Shown here in pieces: positions 1 through 9,500 of a DNA stretch of 40,090 bases. The notes beneath the pieces were generated by a model that saw only the letters and a program-made list of their open reading frames with translations, did no database searches and was not told the DNA's origin. How positions within the stretch are numbered: position 1 is the stretch's first letter; every line of letters begins with the position of its first letter. The stretch covers positions 1-40,090 of the forward strand of contig JAGGAG010000003.1 in assembly GCA_017889745.1 (NCBI GenBank). The letters run 5' to 3'. The translations under genes and the position numbers were made by a program. This DNA is from Gemmatimonadota bacterium (GTDB lineage Bacteria > Gemmatimonadota > Gemmatimonadetes > Gemmatimonadales > GWC2-71-9).

Positions 1-867
1 GTTGCCGAACGTCTCGGTGCTGGACGGAAACGCGAACACGTCCGACGACGCATATGCGGTCGCGAGCTCGATGCCGTGCAGGTAGCCCAGCAGGTGAACC
101 CCCGGGATCCGCCGGGCACGGACGCTGTCGACCAACAGCCCCTCACCCACCATCACCAGCTGCGCATTGCCCCGCACTGGCTCGAGCTGCCGCCAGGCGT
201 CGAGCAGGATATCGAGGTTCTTTTCCGGTGCGATGCGCCCCACGAAGGTCACGAGCGTGTCAGTGGGCCCGATGCCGAACCGCGCGCGCCATGCGTCGGA
301 GCGGAACTTCGGGTGGAACTCCTCTGAGTTGACGCCGCGCGTCCAGATTCCGGTATGGTGCACGCCACGGGAATGGAGATGCGCCTCGTGCACGCGCGTC
401 GGACAGAGCACCTTGTGGGCGTGCCGGTAGAACCACCGCATGTAGGCCCAGCCCGGCCGTACCGCCGTGACGAGCCACCGGCCATACGGCCGGGCGTACG
501 CTTCGTAGTCGGTGTGTGAACTCGCGATGATGGGCAGGCCGAGCGCCTTCGAGGCACGGAGACCGGGGTACCCCATCGCGAACTCGGTCGCGAGGTGCAC
601 CACCTGCGGCTGGAACTCGCGCATGTCGGCGACGAGGTCGCGCACTTTCGGGAAGGCCCACTGGACGTCGGGCGCGAGGAAGAACGGCCGCCCCGGCGAG
701 CGATGCACCTCGGGCCGCTCCACCGCTCCTGGCGGCAACTCGTAGTGTGGCGAGTACACCCGCACCGCATGCCCCCGCGCATGCAGCGCATCGACCAGCC
801 GGCGGAGCGTCAGCGCGACGCCGCTCACCATGGGCCAGTAGATCTCGGAGTAGATCGCGATGCGCAT
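1..867 (-). CDS. Glycosyltransferase family 4 (GT-B fold), truncated at window edge
   Basis: Not in the ORF track because it has no stop in the window. Translating from ATG at 867 gives MRIAIYSEIYWPMVSGVALTL...HLATEFAMG...SSHTDY...FVGRIAPEKN...AYASSDVFAFPSSTETFGN, which carries the GT4 motifs. Confidence 0.92.
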   Translation of the reverse strand, partial: MRIAIYSEIYWPMVSGVALTLRRLVDALHARGHAVRVYSPHYELPPGAVERPEVHRSPGRPFFLAPDVQWAFPKVRDLVADMREFQPQVVHLATEFAMGYPGLRASKALGLPIIASSHTDYEAYARPYGRWLVTAVRPGWAYMRWFYRHAHKVLCPTRVHEAHLHSRGVHHTGIWTRGVNSEEFHPKFRSDAWRARFGIGPTDTLVTFVGRIAPEKNLDILLDAWRQLEPVRGNAQLVMVGEGLLVDSVRARRIPGVHLLGYLHGIELATAYASSDVFAFPSSTETFGN

Positions 868-910
868 ATGCACAAAGCTTCCACGGCGCCGGGTTACAAT
901 GCAAGGGCAC

Positions 911-1351
911 ATGAATCGCCTCGGCCTGTCCCTTGCGGTCACACTCCTTTACACCCCGCCGACGCTCCTGGCGCAGGGTGCGGCCCTGCCGTCGCCCCCT
1001 GAGGGCTTCCTCGGCTACACCTTCTGCCGCAACGGTGTGGCCGAGAGCTGGGTGAGGGCCGACATCATCGGCACCCCCCAGGCCGAGGAGGTGGTGGTGC
1101 ACGAGCAGGTGCACCGTGAGGAGGCAGCCCTCTTCCCCTCGTGCGAGGCCTGGGCCGCGAGCCTCAGCAGTGCGCGCAGGGTGATCGAGATGGAGATCCC
1201 CGCGTACTGCGCGCAGTGGCGGCTGGTGGTCGCTCGCGGCGTGGACGGCGATTCCCTGCAGCGTGAGTACTCGCTCCGGATATCGGCGCAGGCGGGAGCG
1301 ATGGAGAACCGGCTGGATGTGCTGGAGATGTTCCGGCGGGACTGTACCTAG
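911..1351 (+). CDS. Small secreted protein with HExxH motif (putative minimal zinc metallopeptidase)
   Basis: Signal-peptide-like N-terminus (MNRLGLSLAVTLL...LLAQ), VVVHEQVH motif, downstream EMEIPAY helix. Confidence 0.65.
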   Translation: MNRLGLSLAVTLLYTPPTLLAQGAALPSPPEGFLGYTFCRNGVAESWVRADIIGTPQAEEVVVHEQVHREEAALFPSCEAWAASLSSARRVIEMEIPAYCAQWRLVVARGVDGDSLQREYSLRISAQAGAMENRLDVLEMFRRDCT

Positions 1352-1373
1352 CCGGGGCCCGCCAGCTGGCGTC

Positions 1374-2666
1374 CTACGTGAGCCGGATCCCGCCCGTGGC
1401 CCGGGTCAGCTTCTCGGCCGCGCCCGCCAGCGTGCTGGCCGAGGAGGAAATCTCCTCGGTGGAGGCGTTGAGCTGCTGCGCGGCGGCCGCGATTTCCTCC
1501 GCGGCCGCCGCGTAGTCTTCGGTTCCGGCCGAGACCTCCTTCATCCGGCCGGCGATCGTTTCGATCAGCCCGCGTACCTGGTCCGCCGAGGCCGAAATGC
1601 CCCGGGTCCACTGGTCGTTGGCGTCGGCATCGTTGGCCACCGTGAGGAGCCCGTCGGCCGCCGCGTGCGCGGCGTCGCGCGCCGCCATGCCCCCGCGACC
1701 GAGCCGAAGCAGCCGCTCCCGGGCCGTCTGCACCCGCTCGAGCACCATCTGCACCGTGTCGCTGGTACTGGTCGCCGCCTGCGCCGCCTGGGCCGCGAGC
1801 TTTCGCACTTCCTCGGCCACCACGCTGAATCCCTTGCCCTCATCGCCGGCACGCGCCGCCTCGATCGAGGCATTGAGGGCCAGCATGTGGGTTTGCTTCG
1901 CGATCGCCTTGGTCTGGGTGACGAACTTGCTGATCTCGCTCGACGCGAGCGCGAGCGCCTCGGCTTCGGCTGAGCCCTTGTCCACCTCTTCGGCGAGCCG
2001 CGCGAGTTCCGCTGTGCTCGCGTCGAGCCGGTCGCGATGGGAGCGCGCCGCCACCGCGAGCGCGGCGTTCCGGGTGGCGGCCTCGCCGGCCCCGCTGGCC
2101 AGCACCTTGGCGATCTCGAGGATCTTGCTGGCGTCCTCCGCCGCGGCGCGGACGATGATCGCCTGCTGCGCGGCCCGCTCGGTCAGGTCGCCGGTGGTGC
2201 CGGCCACCTCCTGCGTCGATGCCGTCATCTCCTCGGTGGAGGCCGCGATCTCCTGTGCCATGGCGGCCGCCTCGGCGGCGGTGCCGTGGATCGTCTCGAC
2301 CAGGAGTCGGAGCTGCCGCACCATCGCGAAGATGCTCTGGGTCAGCATGTCCTTGCCGTCATTGCGCGATTCCTGCTCGCTGATGGAGCGCAGGTCGCCC
2401 TGCGAGACGCGCATCGCGATGTTCGCCGCGCGTCCGGCCGGCTTCAGCACGTCGTTGATGAAGCGGCGAAGCAGGAGCCAGGTGACGACGAGGGCGCCGC
2501 CGGCCACCAGCAGCAGGCCTGACACCAGCGCCCGGGGGTTCAGCGCGACTCCCGACGCGCGCAGCAGCAGGACCGTCGCGACCAGGTGGAGCACCACGAT
2601 GACGCCGGCGCCCGAGAAGGCGGCGATGTAGAGGTTCCGGGTGAAGCGATGGCGGGCGTCGGCCAT
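1374..2666 (-). CDS. Methyl-accepting chemotaxis protein (2 TM, HAMP, signalling domain)
   Basis: Hairpin-tip motif [37 protein letters not shown]; methylation-type motifs ([19 protein letters not shown]). Confidence 0.93.
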   Translation of the reverse strand: MADARHRFTRNLYIAAFSGAGVIVVLHLVATVLLLRASGVALNPRALVSGLLLVAGGALVVTWLLLRRFINDVLKPAGRAANIAMRVSQGDLRSISEQESRNDGKDMLTQSIFAMVRQLRLLVETIHGTAAEAAAMAQEIAASTEEMTASTQEVAGTTGDLTERAAQQAIIVRAAAEDASKILEIAKVLASGAGEAATRNAALAVAARSHRDRLDASTAELARLAEEVDKGSAEAEALALASSEISKFVTQTKAIAKQTHMLALNASIEAARAGDEGKGFSVVAEEVRKLAAQAAQAATSTSDTVQMVLERVQTARERLLRLGRGGMAARDAAHAAADGLLTVANDADANDQWTRGISASADQVRGLIETIAGRMKEVSAGTEDYAAAAEEIAAAAQQLNASTEEISSSASTLAGAAEKLTRATGGIRLT

Positions 2667-2889
2667 GGTCGGGTGTCGGTGGTCCGGGATGGAGGTGCAG
2701 GGAAGCTACTGATCGTGACGCGGCGGGGACAGGCGGGGCCTTCACGCGCCAATACACTCCCGGTTCACAGCGAGCCGGGAGGTGTGAGGTCCACTTCGGG
2801 CGCAGGGCCGAGGGCCAGCGCACTGGATGGAACTCAGCGCGACTGCCGTGACGTCGCAGGCTCTCCAGAGGCGGGGCTCGGGATCGCGC

Positions 2890-3438
2890 TCAGCCCCGGC
2901 CCCGCGGAATGATCAATTCGCGGACCACCGCCAGCAGCAGCGAGGTCGGTCCCAGCAGCCTCGACAATCGGTGACTCCATCCGCCGCCCGCCCCTACCAC
3001 ACTCGAAAGCTGATCACGGAGCGGTTCGACTATAGGGTCCGCCGGGGCGGCCGCATGATGCCTGTCGCCAGGTCCTCGGTGCGTGTCTGGATGGCGCGGT
3101 GTCCCTGTCGACAACGCACGGTCGAGCAACTGCTGAAGGGTGTGCTCACGGAGGAACGGCGCGCCTGCCGGAAATGGTGCGGTGGTCACCGAAACCTCGA
3201 GGCTGTCGAACCGCAGGCGCCGTCCCGGGAGCACGGCCGCGTTGGGCCAGAGCGCGCGCGCAGGCGGGGCCGGCTCGACATAGACCAGCCAGGAGGTGCC
3301 GGAACCGTCGGTAAACGTCACGGAATGGGTCAACGGGTTGCCCCTGGCGAATGGCGGCTTCACCGGCGCGGGCACGGGGTCGGCGGGAAGTACGCGGGAC
3401 GCGCTGCGCTTGTTCGTCTTGGTGGTTCGAGTCTTCAT
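2890..3438 (-). CDS. Hypothetical protein
   Basis: 182-aa ORF with a globular-looking core (FTDGSGTSWLVYVE...RRLRFDS...LQQLLDRA). It fills the gap between the MCP and leuS. Confidence 0.55.
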   Translation of the reverse strand: MKTRTTKTNKRSASRVLPADPVPAPVKPPFARGNPLTHSVTFTDGSGTSWLVYVEPAPPARALWPNAAVLPGRRLRFDSLEVSVTTAPFPAGAPFLREHTLQQLLDRALSTGTPRHPDTHRGPGDRHHAAAPADPIVEPLRDQLSSVVGAGGGWSHRLSRLLGPTSLLLAVVRELIIPRGRG

Positions 3439-3713
3439 GTCACGACAATCCCTGATTGAGCGAAGGAAGGAGGTGATGATGTACCGCTCACATCCGGCGC
3501 CCGCAAGTGCGGGAATCTCGACATGCTGGCATTCGTGATTGTGATCACAGGGCGGTGCCTCGATCCTCGGGCGCCGCAGCCCGGCGCGTCACCGGCACCC
3601 GACCCGGTTCTGGCGAGGCAGTCCGCGGCCCTGGGTGGCCCCCGGGAGAGCCGAAAAGCCCCAGCCGGCGTGGTTGGCGCTAACCTCCCATGGTCTATAG
3701 ATTTGCGGGTCCT

Positions 3714-6206
3714 ATGAACCCCAGCGACAGCACCTCCGCTCCCGCCGCAATCCAACCCGATGGCCACGACGGCTACCGGCCGGACCTGGTCGAGGCCAAG
3801 TGGCAGGCCCGGTGGGCGGAGCGTCACACCAACGAGCCCGACCTCGACGGCGCCGCGCGGCCGTTCTACAACCTCATGATGTTCCCCTATCCGTCGGCCG
3901 AAGGCTTGCACGTGGGGAACATGTTCGCCTTCACCGGCAGCGACGTCTTCGGCCGGTTCCAGCGGCTGCGCGGCTTCGACGTCTTCGAGCCCATCGGTTA
4001 CGACGCCTTCGGTATTCATAGCGAGAACTACGCGATCAAGCTGGGCATCAACCCCGCCGAGCTGATCCCGCGCAACATTGCGAACTTCCGGCGGCAGCTC
4101 ACCCGAGTGGGCGGCATGTTCGACTGGCGCCACGAACTGTCCACCACCGAGCCCAGCTACTACAAGTGGACCCAGTGGCTCTTCCTGCAGCTGTTCAAGG
4201 CGGGGAAGGCCTACAAGAAGAAGGCGGCGGTCAACTGGTGCCCCAACGACAAGACCGTGCTCGCCAACGAGCAGGTGCTCAATGGTCATTGTGAGCGCTG
4301 CGGCGCCGCGGTCGAGCAGCGCTTCCTGGAGCAGTGGTTCTTCCGCATCACCGACTACGCGGAGCGCCTGCTCGACAATCTCGACGACAAGTCCAAGATG
4401 GACTGGTCGGACACGACCACGACGGCGCAGCGCAACTGGATCGGACGCTCCGAGGGCGCCGAGCTGACTTTCGAGGTGGACTGGGATCCGGATGACACGA
4501 TCACCGTGTTCACCACCCGGCCCGACACCGTGTTCGGCGCGACCTTCCTGGTGCTGGCCCCGGAGCATCCCCTGGTGGAGCAGCTCACTACCAGCGATCA
4601 GCGGCACGCGGTGGAGGCCTATCGCAAGGCGGCGGCGGCGAAGGATCTCGTCTCCCGCAAGGTCGGCGAGAAGGAGAAGTCCGGCGTCTTCACCGGCACG
4701 TACGCGATCAACCCCGCGTCCGAAGAGCGCATTCCCGTCTGGATCGCCGACTACGTCCTGATGGACTACGGCACCGGCGCCATCATGGCGGTGCCGGCGC
4801 ACGACGAGCGCGACTTCGAGTTCGCGACGAAGTACGGCCTCGGCATCGAGCGCGTCATCGCGGCCCCGGGCGACGACGCGGGCGCCCCGCTCGCGCAGGC
4901 CTATGTGGAGACGACCGGCGCGACGCTGGTCAATTCCGGCGAGTTCGACGGGATGGCGCCCGACAAGGCGAAGCGCGCCATTACCGACTGGCTGGCGAAG
5001 CAGGGACTCGCCACAGTCCGCGTCCAGTACCGGCTCTACGACTGGTGCATCTCACGGCAGCGCTACTGGGGGCCGCCGATCCCGATCATCTACTGCGATG
5101 ATTGCGGCCCGGTGCCCGTGCCCGAGAAGGACCTGCCGGTGATCCTCCCGGCCATCGACGATTTCCGGCCCGACGACACCGGCATCTCGCCGCTGGCGCG
5201 GCACGAGGAGTGGTACTTCGTGCCGTGCCCGACCTGCCGCAAGCGCGCCCGCCGCGAAACGGATGTCTCCGACACCTTCCTCGACTCGGCCTGGTATTAC
5301 CTGCGGTATCCGAGCAGCGAGCTCGATGACCGGCCGTTCGACAGGGCGCGCACCGCGAAGTGGTGCCCGGTGTCGACCTACATCGGCGGGAACGAGCACG
5401 CGGTCCTCCACCTGCTGTACTCGCGCTTCCTGGCGATGGTGCTGCAGGAACTGGGGCACGTCGCCTTCGAGGAGCCGTTCCGGAAGTTCCGGGCACACGG
5501 CCTCATCGTGAAGGACGGCGCCAAGATGTCCAAGTCCAAGGGAAACGTGGTGATCCCGGACGAGTACATCGACCGCTGGGGAGCCGACAGCTTCCGGATG
5601 TACCTGATGTTCCTCGGTCCCTTCCAGGAGGGCGGCGATTTCCGCGATGCCGGCATCAACGGCATCCGCCGCTTTCTCGACAAGGTCTGGCACCTGGTGG
5701 GGCAGAGCCTGGCCGAGGGCGAACGGGGCGGGGAGGTATTGCGCCCGGTGCTGGCCAAGTGGCACCGCACCAAGAAGAAGGTCACCGACGACGTCGAGAG
5801 CCTGGGCTACAACACGGCCATCGCGGCGATGATGGAGATGCTCAACACGATCCGCGAGAGCAGTTGCTGCGAGCATGAACTGGTGGAGGAGTTCGTGGTG
5901 ATGCTGGCTCCCTTCGCGCCTCACTTCGCGGAGGAATGCTGGGAGCGGCTGGGGCACGGCACGTCGGTGTTCGACGCGCGCTGGCCCGGGTACGATCCCG
6001 CGCTCCTGGTGGATGACACCGCAGAAGTGGCAGTGCAGGTGGGCGGCAAGACCCGCGGCCGCGTGACTGTGGCGCGCAACGCCGCCGAAGCAGTGGTCGT
6101 CGAGGCAGCGCGCGCCGAGCCGCGGATCGCCAAGTTCCTCGACGGCAAGTCGGTGCAGAAGGTAGTCTACGTGCCGAACCGGCTCCTCAACCTGGTCGTG
6201 GGCTGA
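3714..6206 (+). CDS. leuS: Leucine--tRNA ligase
   Basis: MFPYPSAEGLHVGN (HIGH equivalent), editing domain FTTRPDT...GTGAIMAVPAHDERD, DWCISRQRYWG and KMSKS. Start taken at ATG 3714 (ORF opens at 3690). Confidence 0.98.
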   Translation: MNPSDSTSAPAAIQPDGHDGYRPDLVEAKWQARWAERHTNEPDLDGAARPFYNLMMFPYPSAEGLHVGNMFAFTGSDVFGRFQRLRGFDVFEPIGYDAFGIHSENYAIKLGINPAELIPRNIANFRRQLTRVGGMFDWRHELSTTEPSYYKWTQWLFLQLFKAGKAYKKKAAVNWCPNDKTVLANEQVLNGHCERCGAAVEQRFLEQWFFRITDYAERLLDNLDDKSKMDWSDTTTTAQRNWIGRSEGAELTFEVDWDPDDTITVFTTRPDTVFGATFLVLAPEHPLVEQLTTSDQRHAVEAYRKAAAAKDLVSRKVGEKEKSGVFTGTYAINPASEERIPVWIADYVLMDYGTGAIMAVPAHDERDFEFATKYGLGIERVIAAPGDDAGAPLAQAYVETTGATLVNSGEFDGMAPDKAKRAITDWLAKQGLATVRVQYRLYDWCISRQRYWGPPIPIIYCDDCGPVPVPEKDLPVILPAIDDFRPDDTGISPLARHEEWYFVPCPTCRKRARRETDVSDTFLDSAWYYLRYPSSELDDRPFDRARTAKWCPVSTYIGGNEHAVLHLLYSRFLAMVLQELGHVAFEEPFRKFRAHGLIVKDGAKMSKSKGNVVIPDEYIDRWGADSFRMYLMFLGPFQEGGDFRDAGINGIRRFLDKVWHLVGQSLAEGERGGEVLRPVLAKWHRTKKKVTDDVESLGYNTAIAAMMEMLNTIRESSCCEHELVEEFVVMLAPFAPHFAEECWERLGHGTSVFDARWPGYDPALLVDDTAEVAVQVGGKTRGRVTVARNAAEAVVVEAARAEPRIAKFLDGKSVQKVVYVPNRLLNLVVG

Positions 6207-6208
6207 GG

Positions 6209-6679
6209 ATGTGGTATCGCATGGTCATCGCGCTGCTGGCGCTCGTCAACTCCCTCGTGGCGACGTACCTCTACCTGTGGAAGACCGGGCGCGCGGGTAC
6301 CCTGGCCTGCACCGGGAGCGGCGGTTGCGCCATCGCACAGTTCAGCCCCTACGGCTGGTTCCTGGGCGTGGACGTGGCACTCATCGGTGCCGTTGGCTAC
6401 GCCGTGCTGCTTCTGGTAGCACTGGTAAGCATCCAGCCGCGGCACCTGGAAAGCCGGCGCGTGAGCGTGGCGCTACTGGCGCTTATCGCCCCCGCCTTCC
6501 TGTTCACGGTGCGGCTCAAGTACGGTGAATGGGTCGTGCTGAAGGTGTTCTGCCCCTGGTGCTTCATCTCGACCGTGTCGATCACCACCTGCCTCATCCT
6601 CGCCTGGCTCGACTGGCGGCGGACGGCTCGGGTCGCACCAGCCCCGGAGGAATCGGCACGGATGCCGCTCGCGGCATAA
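6209..6679 (+). CDS. Vitamin K epoxide reductase (VKOR) family disulfide-bond formation protein
   Basis: Four TM segments, loop cysteine pair ACTGSGGC followed by S, and active-site FCPWC. Confidence 0.9.
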   Translation: MWYRMVIALLALVNSLVATYLYLWKTGRAGTLACTGSGGCAIAQFSPYGWFLGVDVALIGAVGYAVLLLVALVSIQPRHLESRRVSVALLALIAPAFLFTVRLKYGEWVVLKVFCPWCFISTVSITTCLILAWLDWRRTARVAPAPEESARMPLAA

Positions 6680-6701
6680 CCGCTGGCGGTGGGCCGCAGG
6701 C

Positions 6702-7874
6702 TTAATACGTCGGCACGCCCGGGTCCACGTCCTTGCTCCACCGCAAGATGCCGCCAGTGAGGTTCGACACCTTCCGAAAGCCGGCCGCGCGCAGCTGCGA
6801 CGCCGCGCGCAGGCTGCGCACGCCGCCCTTGCAGTAGACTACGATCTCCCGCGCGCTGTCGAGCGAGCCGAGTGTGGCTGGCAGCGTTGCCAGCGGCACC
6901 AGCCGTGCGCCCGGCAGCCGCGCGATGGCCCATTCCTGCGGTTCGCGCACGTCGATCAGGTCGAAATCGTCGCCGCGCCCGATGCGCGCGGCCAGCTGCT
7001 GCGGTGTCAGCTCGGGAATGGTCGCATCCACGCTGTCGTCCTCGTCGTTCAGCCCGCAGAACTGTTCGTAGTCGATCAGTGACTGTATCTCCCTGGTGCC
7101 GCACGCCGGACAGAGCGGGTCGCGCGCCAGCCTGAGCGTCCGGAACTGCATGCGCAGCGCGTCCACCAGCAGCAGCCGACCGATCAGCGGTTCGCCGATG
7201 CCGGTGAGCAGCTTGATCGCCTCCGTGGCCTGGATCACGCCGATGAGGCCGGGCAGCACGCCCAGTACGCCGCCTTCCGCGCAGCTCGGCACCATTCCCG
7301 GGGGCGGGGGCTCCCGAAAGAGGCAGCGGTAGCAGGGTCCGCTGTCGGTGGCGAGCACCGAGGCCTGTCCCTCGAACCGGAAGATGCTGCCATAGACATT
7401 CGGTTTCCCCAGAAGCACGCAGGCGTCGTTGACCAGATATCGCGTGGGGAAGTTGTCGGTCCCGTCGATGACGAGGTCGTACTCCCGTGCGATGTCGAGA
7501 GCGTTGGCCGAGGTGAACCGCGCCTCGTATGACTGCACCTCCACATGCGGGTTGAGCCCCTCGATCCGGTCACGCGCCGAGGCGAGCTTCGGGCGGCCCA
7601 CGTCGGCGGTGCTGTGGATGACCTGCCGCTGCAGGTTGGTCGCGTCGACCACGTCGAAGTCGACGATGCCGAGCCGGCCCACGCCCGCGGCGGCGAGGTA
7701 CAGGCCAAGCGGCGAGCCCAGGCCGCCTGCCCCCACGATGAGCACGCTCGAGCCCTTGAGCCGGCGCTGCGCGTCGAGGCCGAACTCCGGCAGGATCAGG
7801 TGCCGGCTGTAGCGGAGGATCTCGTCGTTGCCCAGCTCGGGCAGCGTTTCCGCGGCGATCGATGTTGCAGTCAT
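6702..7874 (-). CDS. moeB: MoeB/MoeZ-type adenylyltransferase-sulfurtransferase (ThiF plus C-terminal rhodanese)
   Basis: RYSRHLILPE, GAGGLG, TNLQRQ, DGTDNF, CYRC...CAEGG, CPAC; rhodanese domain DVREPQEW...YCKGGVRS. Confidence 0.95.
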   Translation of the reverse strand: MTATSIAAETLPELGNDEILRYSRHLILPEFGLDAQRRLKGSSVLIVGAGGLGSPLGLYLAAAGVGRLGIVDFDVVDATNLQRQVIHSTADVGRPKLASARDRIEGLNPHVEVQSYEARFTSANALDIAREYDLVIDGTDNFPTRYLVNDACVLLGKPNVYGSIFRFEGQASVLATDSGPCYRCLFREPPPPGMVPSCAEGGVLGVLPGLIGVIQATEAIKLLTGIGEPLIGRLLLVDALRMQFRTLRLARDPLCPACGTREIQSLIDYEQFCGLNDEDDSVDATIPELTPQQLAARIGRGDDFDLIDVREPQEWAIARLPGARLVPLATLPATLGSLDSAREIVVYCKGGVRSLRAASQLRAAGFRKVSNLTGGILRWSKDVDPGVPTY

Positions 7875-7878
7875 GAGT

Positions 7879-8154
7879 TCATCCCCCGGCGATGGCGGGC
7901 ACGATGATCAGCTCGTCACCGTCCCGCACCACGGTGGCGAAGCCACCGGTGAAGCGAATGTCCTCGTCGTTCAGGTAGAACGTCACGAAGGAATACGGGT
8001 TGCCCTGCTCGTCGCGCAGGCGAGGGCCAAGCTGGGGAAAACGACCGGCGACATCGGACACCACGTCGCCCACCGTGGCGCCGCTGGCCTCAATGGTGCG
8101 GGCGCCGTCCGTGAGGCGGGTCAGGACGGCCGGCAGGGACAGCGTGACTGACAT
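7879..8154 (-). CDS. MoaD/ThiS/CysO-family ubiquitin-like sulfur carrier protein
   Basis: 91 aa from ATG 8154, with SD GAGGAGG upstream; C-terminus DGDELIIVPAIAGG ends in di-glycine. Confidence 0.92.
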   Translation of the reverse strand: MSVTLSLPAVLTRLTDGARTIEASGATVGDVVSDVAGRFPQLGPRLRDEQGNPYSFVTFYLNDEDIRFTGGFATVVRDGDELIIVPAIAGG

Positions 8155-8167
8155 GATGGAACCCTCC

Positions 8168-9430
8168 TCAGCGTGAAGATGGCGACGTGCGCGCCACGAG
8201 ATCCGCGACGTCGCGGAGGCGGGGTGCCAGTACCGGTGCCTCGCCCAGCGAACCACTCAAGGCCTCGACCGTCTTGAGGCCGTTACCCGTAATGCACAAC
8301 ACGACCTCGTCGTTCGGGCGGAAGTGACCCTGGCGCGCCAGTTCGAGCGCGCTCGCCAGGGTGACGCCGCCCGCCGTCTCGGTGAAGATGCCCGCCGTCT
8401 CGGCGAGCAGCAGGATGCCCCTGACCAGCTCGGCGTCACTGACGCTCGCGGCCCATCCGCCCGACTGGCGGATCGACTCCGCCGCGTACGCGCCATCAGC
8501 CGGACTGCCGATCGCGATTGACCGGGCGATCGTGTCCGGGATCTCCGGGATGAGCTGCCCGTCGCCGCGCTCAACCAGGCGTACGATCGGCGCGCATCCC
8601 GACGCCTGGGCGCCGTAGAGGCGCGGGAGCTCTCCCTCCACCAGTCCGGCCGACAGGAACTCCCGGAATCCCTTGCCGAGCTTGCTCACCAGCGATCCGC
8701 CCGCCATCGGGGCCACCACCGCGGTGGGAAACCGCCAGCCGAGCTGCTCGGCGATCTCGAAGGCGAAGGTCTTCGATCCCTCACCGTAGTAGGAACGCAG
8801 GTTGACGTTGACGATGCCCCACCCGAAGCGGTCCGCAACCTGGGCGCACAGGCGGTTCACGTCGTCGTACGTTCCCCGGATCCGCACCAGGTTGGGCGCG
8901 TACACTGACGTGCCCACCACCTTGCCGTACTCGAGGTTGTCGGGAATGAAGATCCACGCCGGCAGGCCGGCGCGCGCCGCCTGCGCGGCGACCGCATTGG
9001 CAAGGTTGCCGGTGGAGGCGCAGCCCACGGTGTCGAGGCCAAACGCCGCCGCGGCATTAATGGCGGCGGCAACGACGCGATCCTTGAACGACAGGCTCGG
9101 GTGCGATACGGCATCATTCTTTACCCACACGCGCGCAACGCCGAGAAGCGGTGCCAGCCTCGGCACTTCGACCAGCGGGGTGAAGCCGGTGTCGGGGGAG
9201 TACGGCGGGTCGCCCTCGAGCGGCAGCCACTCGCGGTAGCGCCACAACGACGGCCCCCGCGAGGCGATCTCCTCGCGGGTGGGCAGGCGCCGGGCGGCAT
9301 CGTAGCGCGGCTCGAGGGGTCCCAGGCATTCGGCGCAGATGGCAACGGGCGCCGCATCCGTCTCGGCGCCGCAATTGCGGCAGCGAAGCGGCAGCGCGCG
9401 CACCCGGGGGGAAACAGCAACGGCGGTCAT
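8168..9430 (-). CDS. thrC: Threonine synthase-like PLP enzyme (fold type II); probably O-phosphohomoserine sulfhydrylase-type given context
   Basis: N-terminal CRNC/CAEC, PLP-lysine motif SLSFKDR, CASTGNLA, EGSKT, PMAGGSL, TGNGLKT. The family call is secure; the exact function is inferred. Confidence 0.85.
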   Translation of the reverse strand: MTAVAVSPRVRALPLRCRNCGAETDAAPVAICAECLGPLEPRYDAARRLPTREEIASRGPSLWRYREWLPLEGDPPYSPDTGFTPLVEVPRLAPLLGVARVWVKNDAVSHPSLSFKDRVVAAAINAAAAFGLDTVGCASTGNLANAVAAQAARAGLPAWIFIPDNLEYGKVVGTSVYAPNLVRIRGTYDDVNRLCAQVADRFGWGIVNVNLRSYYGEGSKTFAFEIAEQLGWRFPTAVVAPMAGGSLVSKLGKGFREFLSAGLVEGELPRLYGAQASGCAPIVRLVERGDGQLIPEIPDTIARSIAIGSPADGAYAAESIRQSGGWAASVSDAELVRGILLLAETAGIFTETAGGVTLASALELARQGHFRPNDEVVLCITGNGLKTVEALSGSLGEAPVLAPRLRDVADLVARTSPSSR

Positions 9431-9463
9431 GCCGGTATCCTTGTCGCCCGACTGGCGGCGACG

Positions 9464-9496
9464 AAAAAAAGCGCCCGCGGCAACGAGGCGCGGACG
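9464..9496 (-). terminator. Intrinsic terminator in the thrC-like leader (riboswitch expression platform)
   Basis: Minus strand reads CGTCCGCG-cctcgttgc-CGCGGGCG-C-TTTTTTT: an 8-bp stem (one G-U pair) plus a U7 tract, between the aptamer and the start codon. Confidence 0.75.
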
Positions 9497-9500
9497 TCTC

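Noticed and set aside
3523-3717. 64-aa ORF whose stop overlaps the leuS ATG; possible leucine leader or T-box
   Set aside because: There is no Leu-codon run, terminator or T-box motif, and the sequence is low-complexity Pro/Ala; probably chance.
6702-8154. Ubiquitin-like protein plus E1 as an anti-phage conjugation system or Moco/thiamine genes
   Set aside because: No E2, JAMM, CD-NTase, moaE or thiG is nearby. The rhodanese fusion, PLP enzyme and SAM riboswitch point to sulfur amino-acid metabolism.
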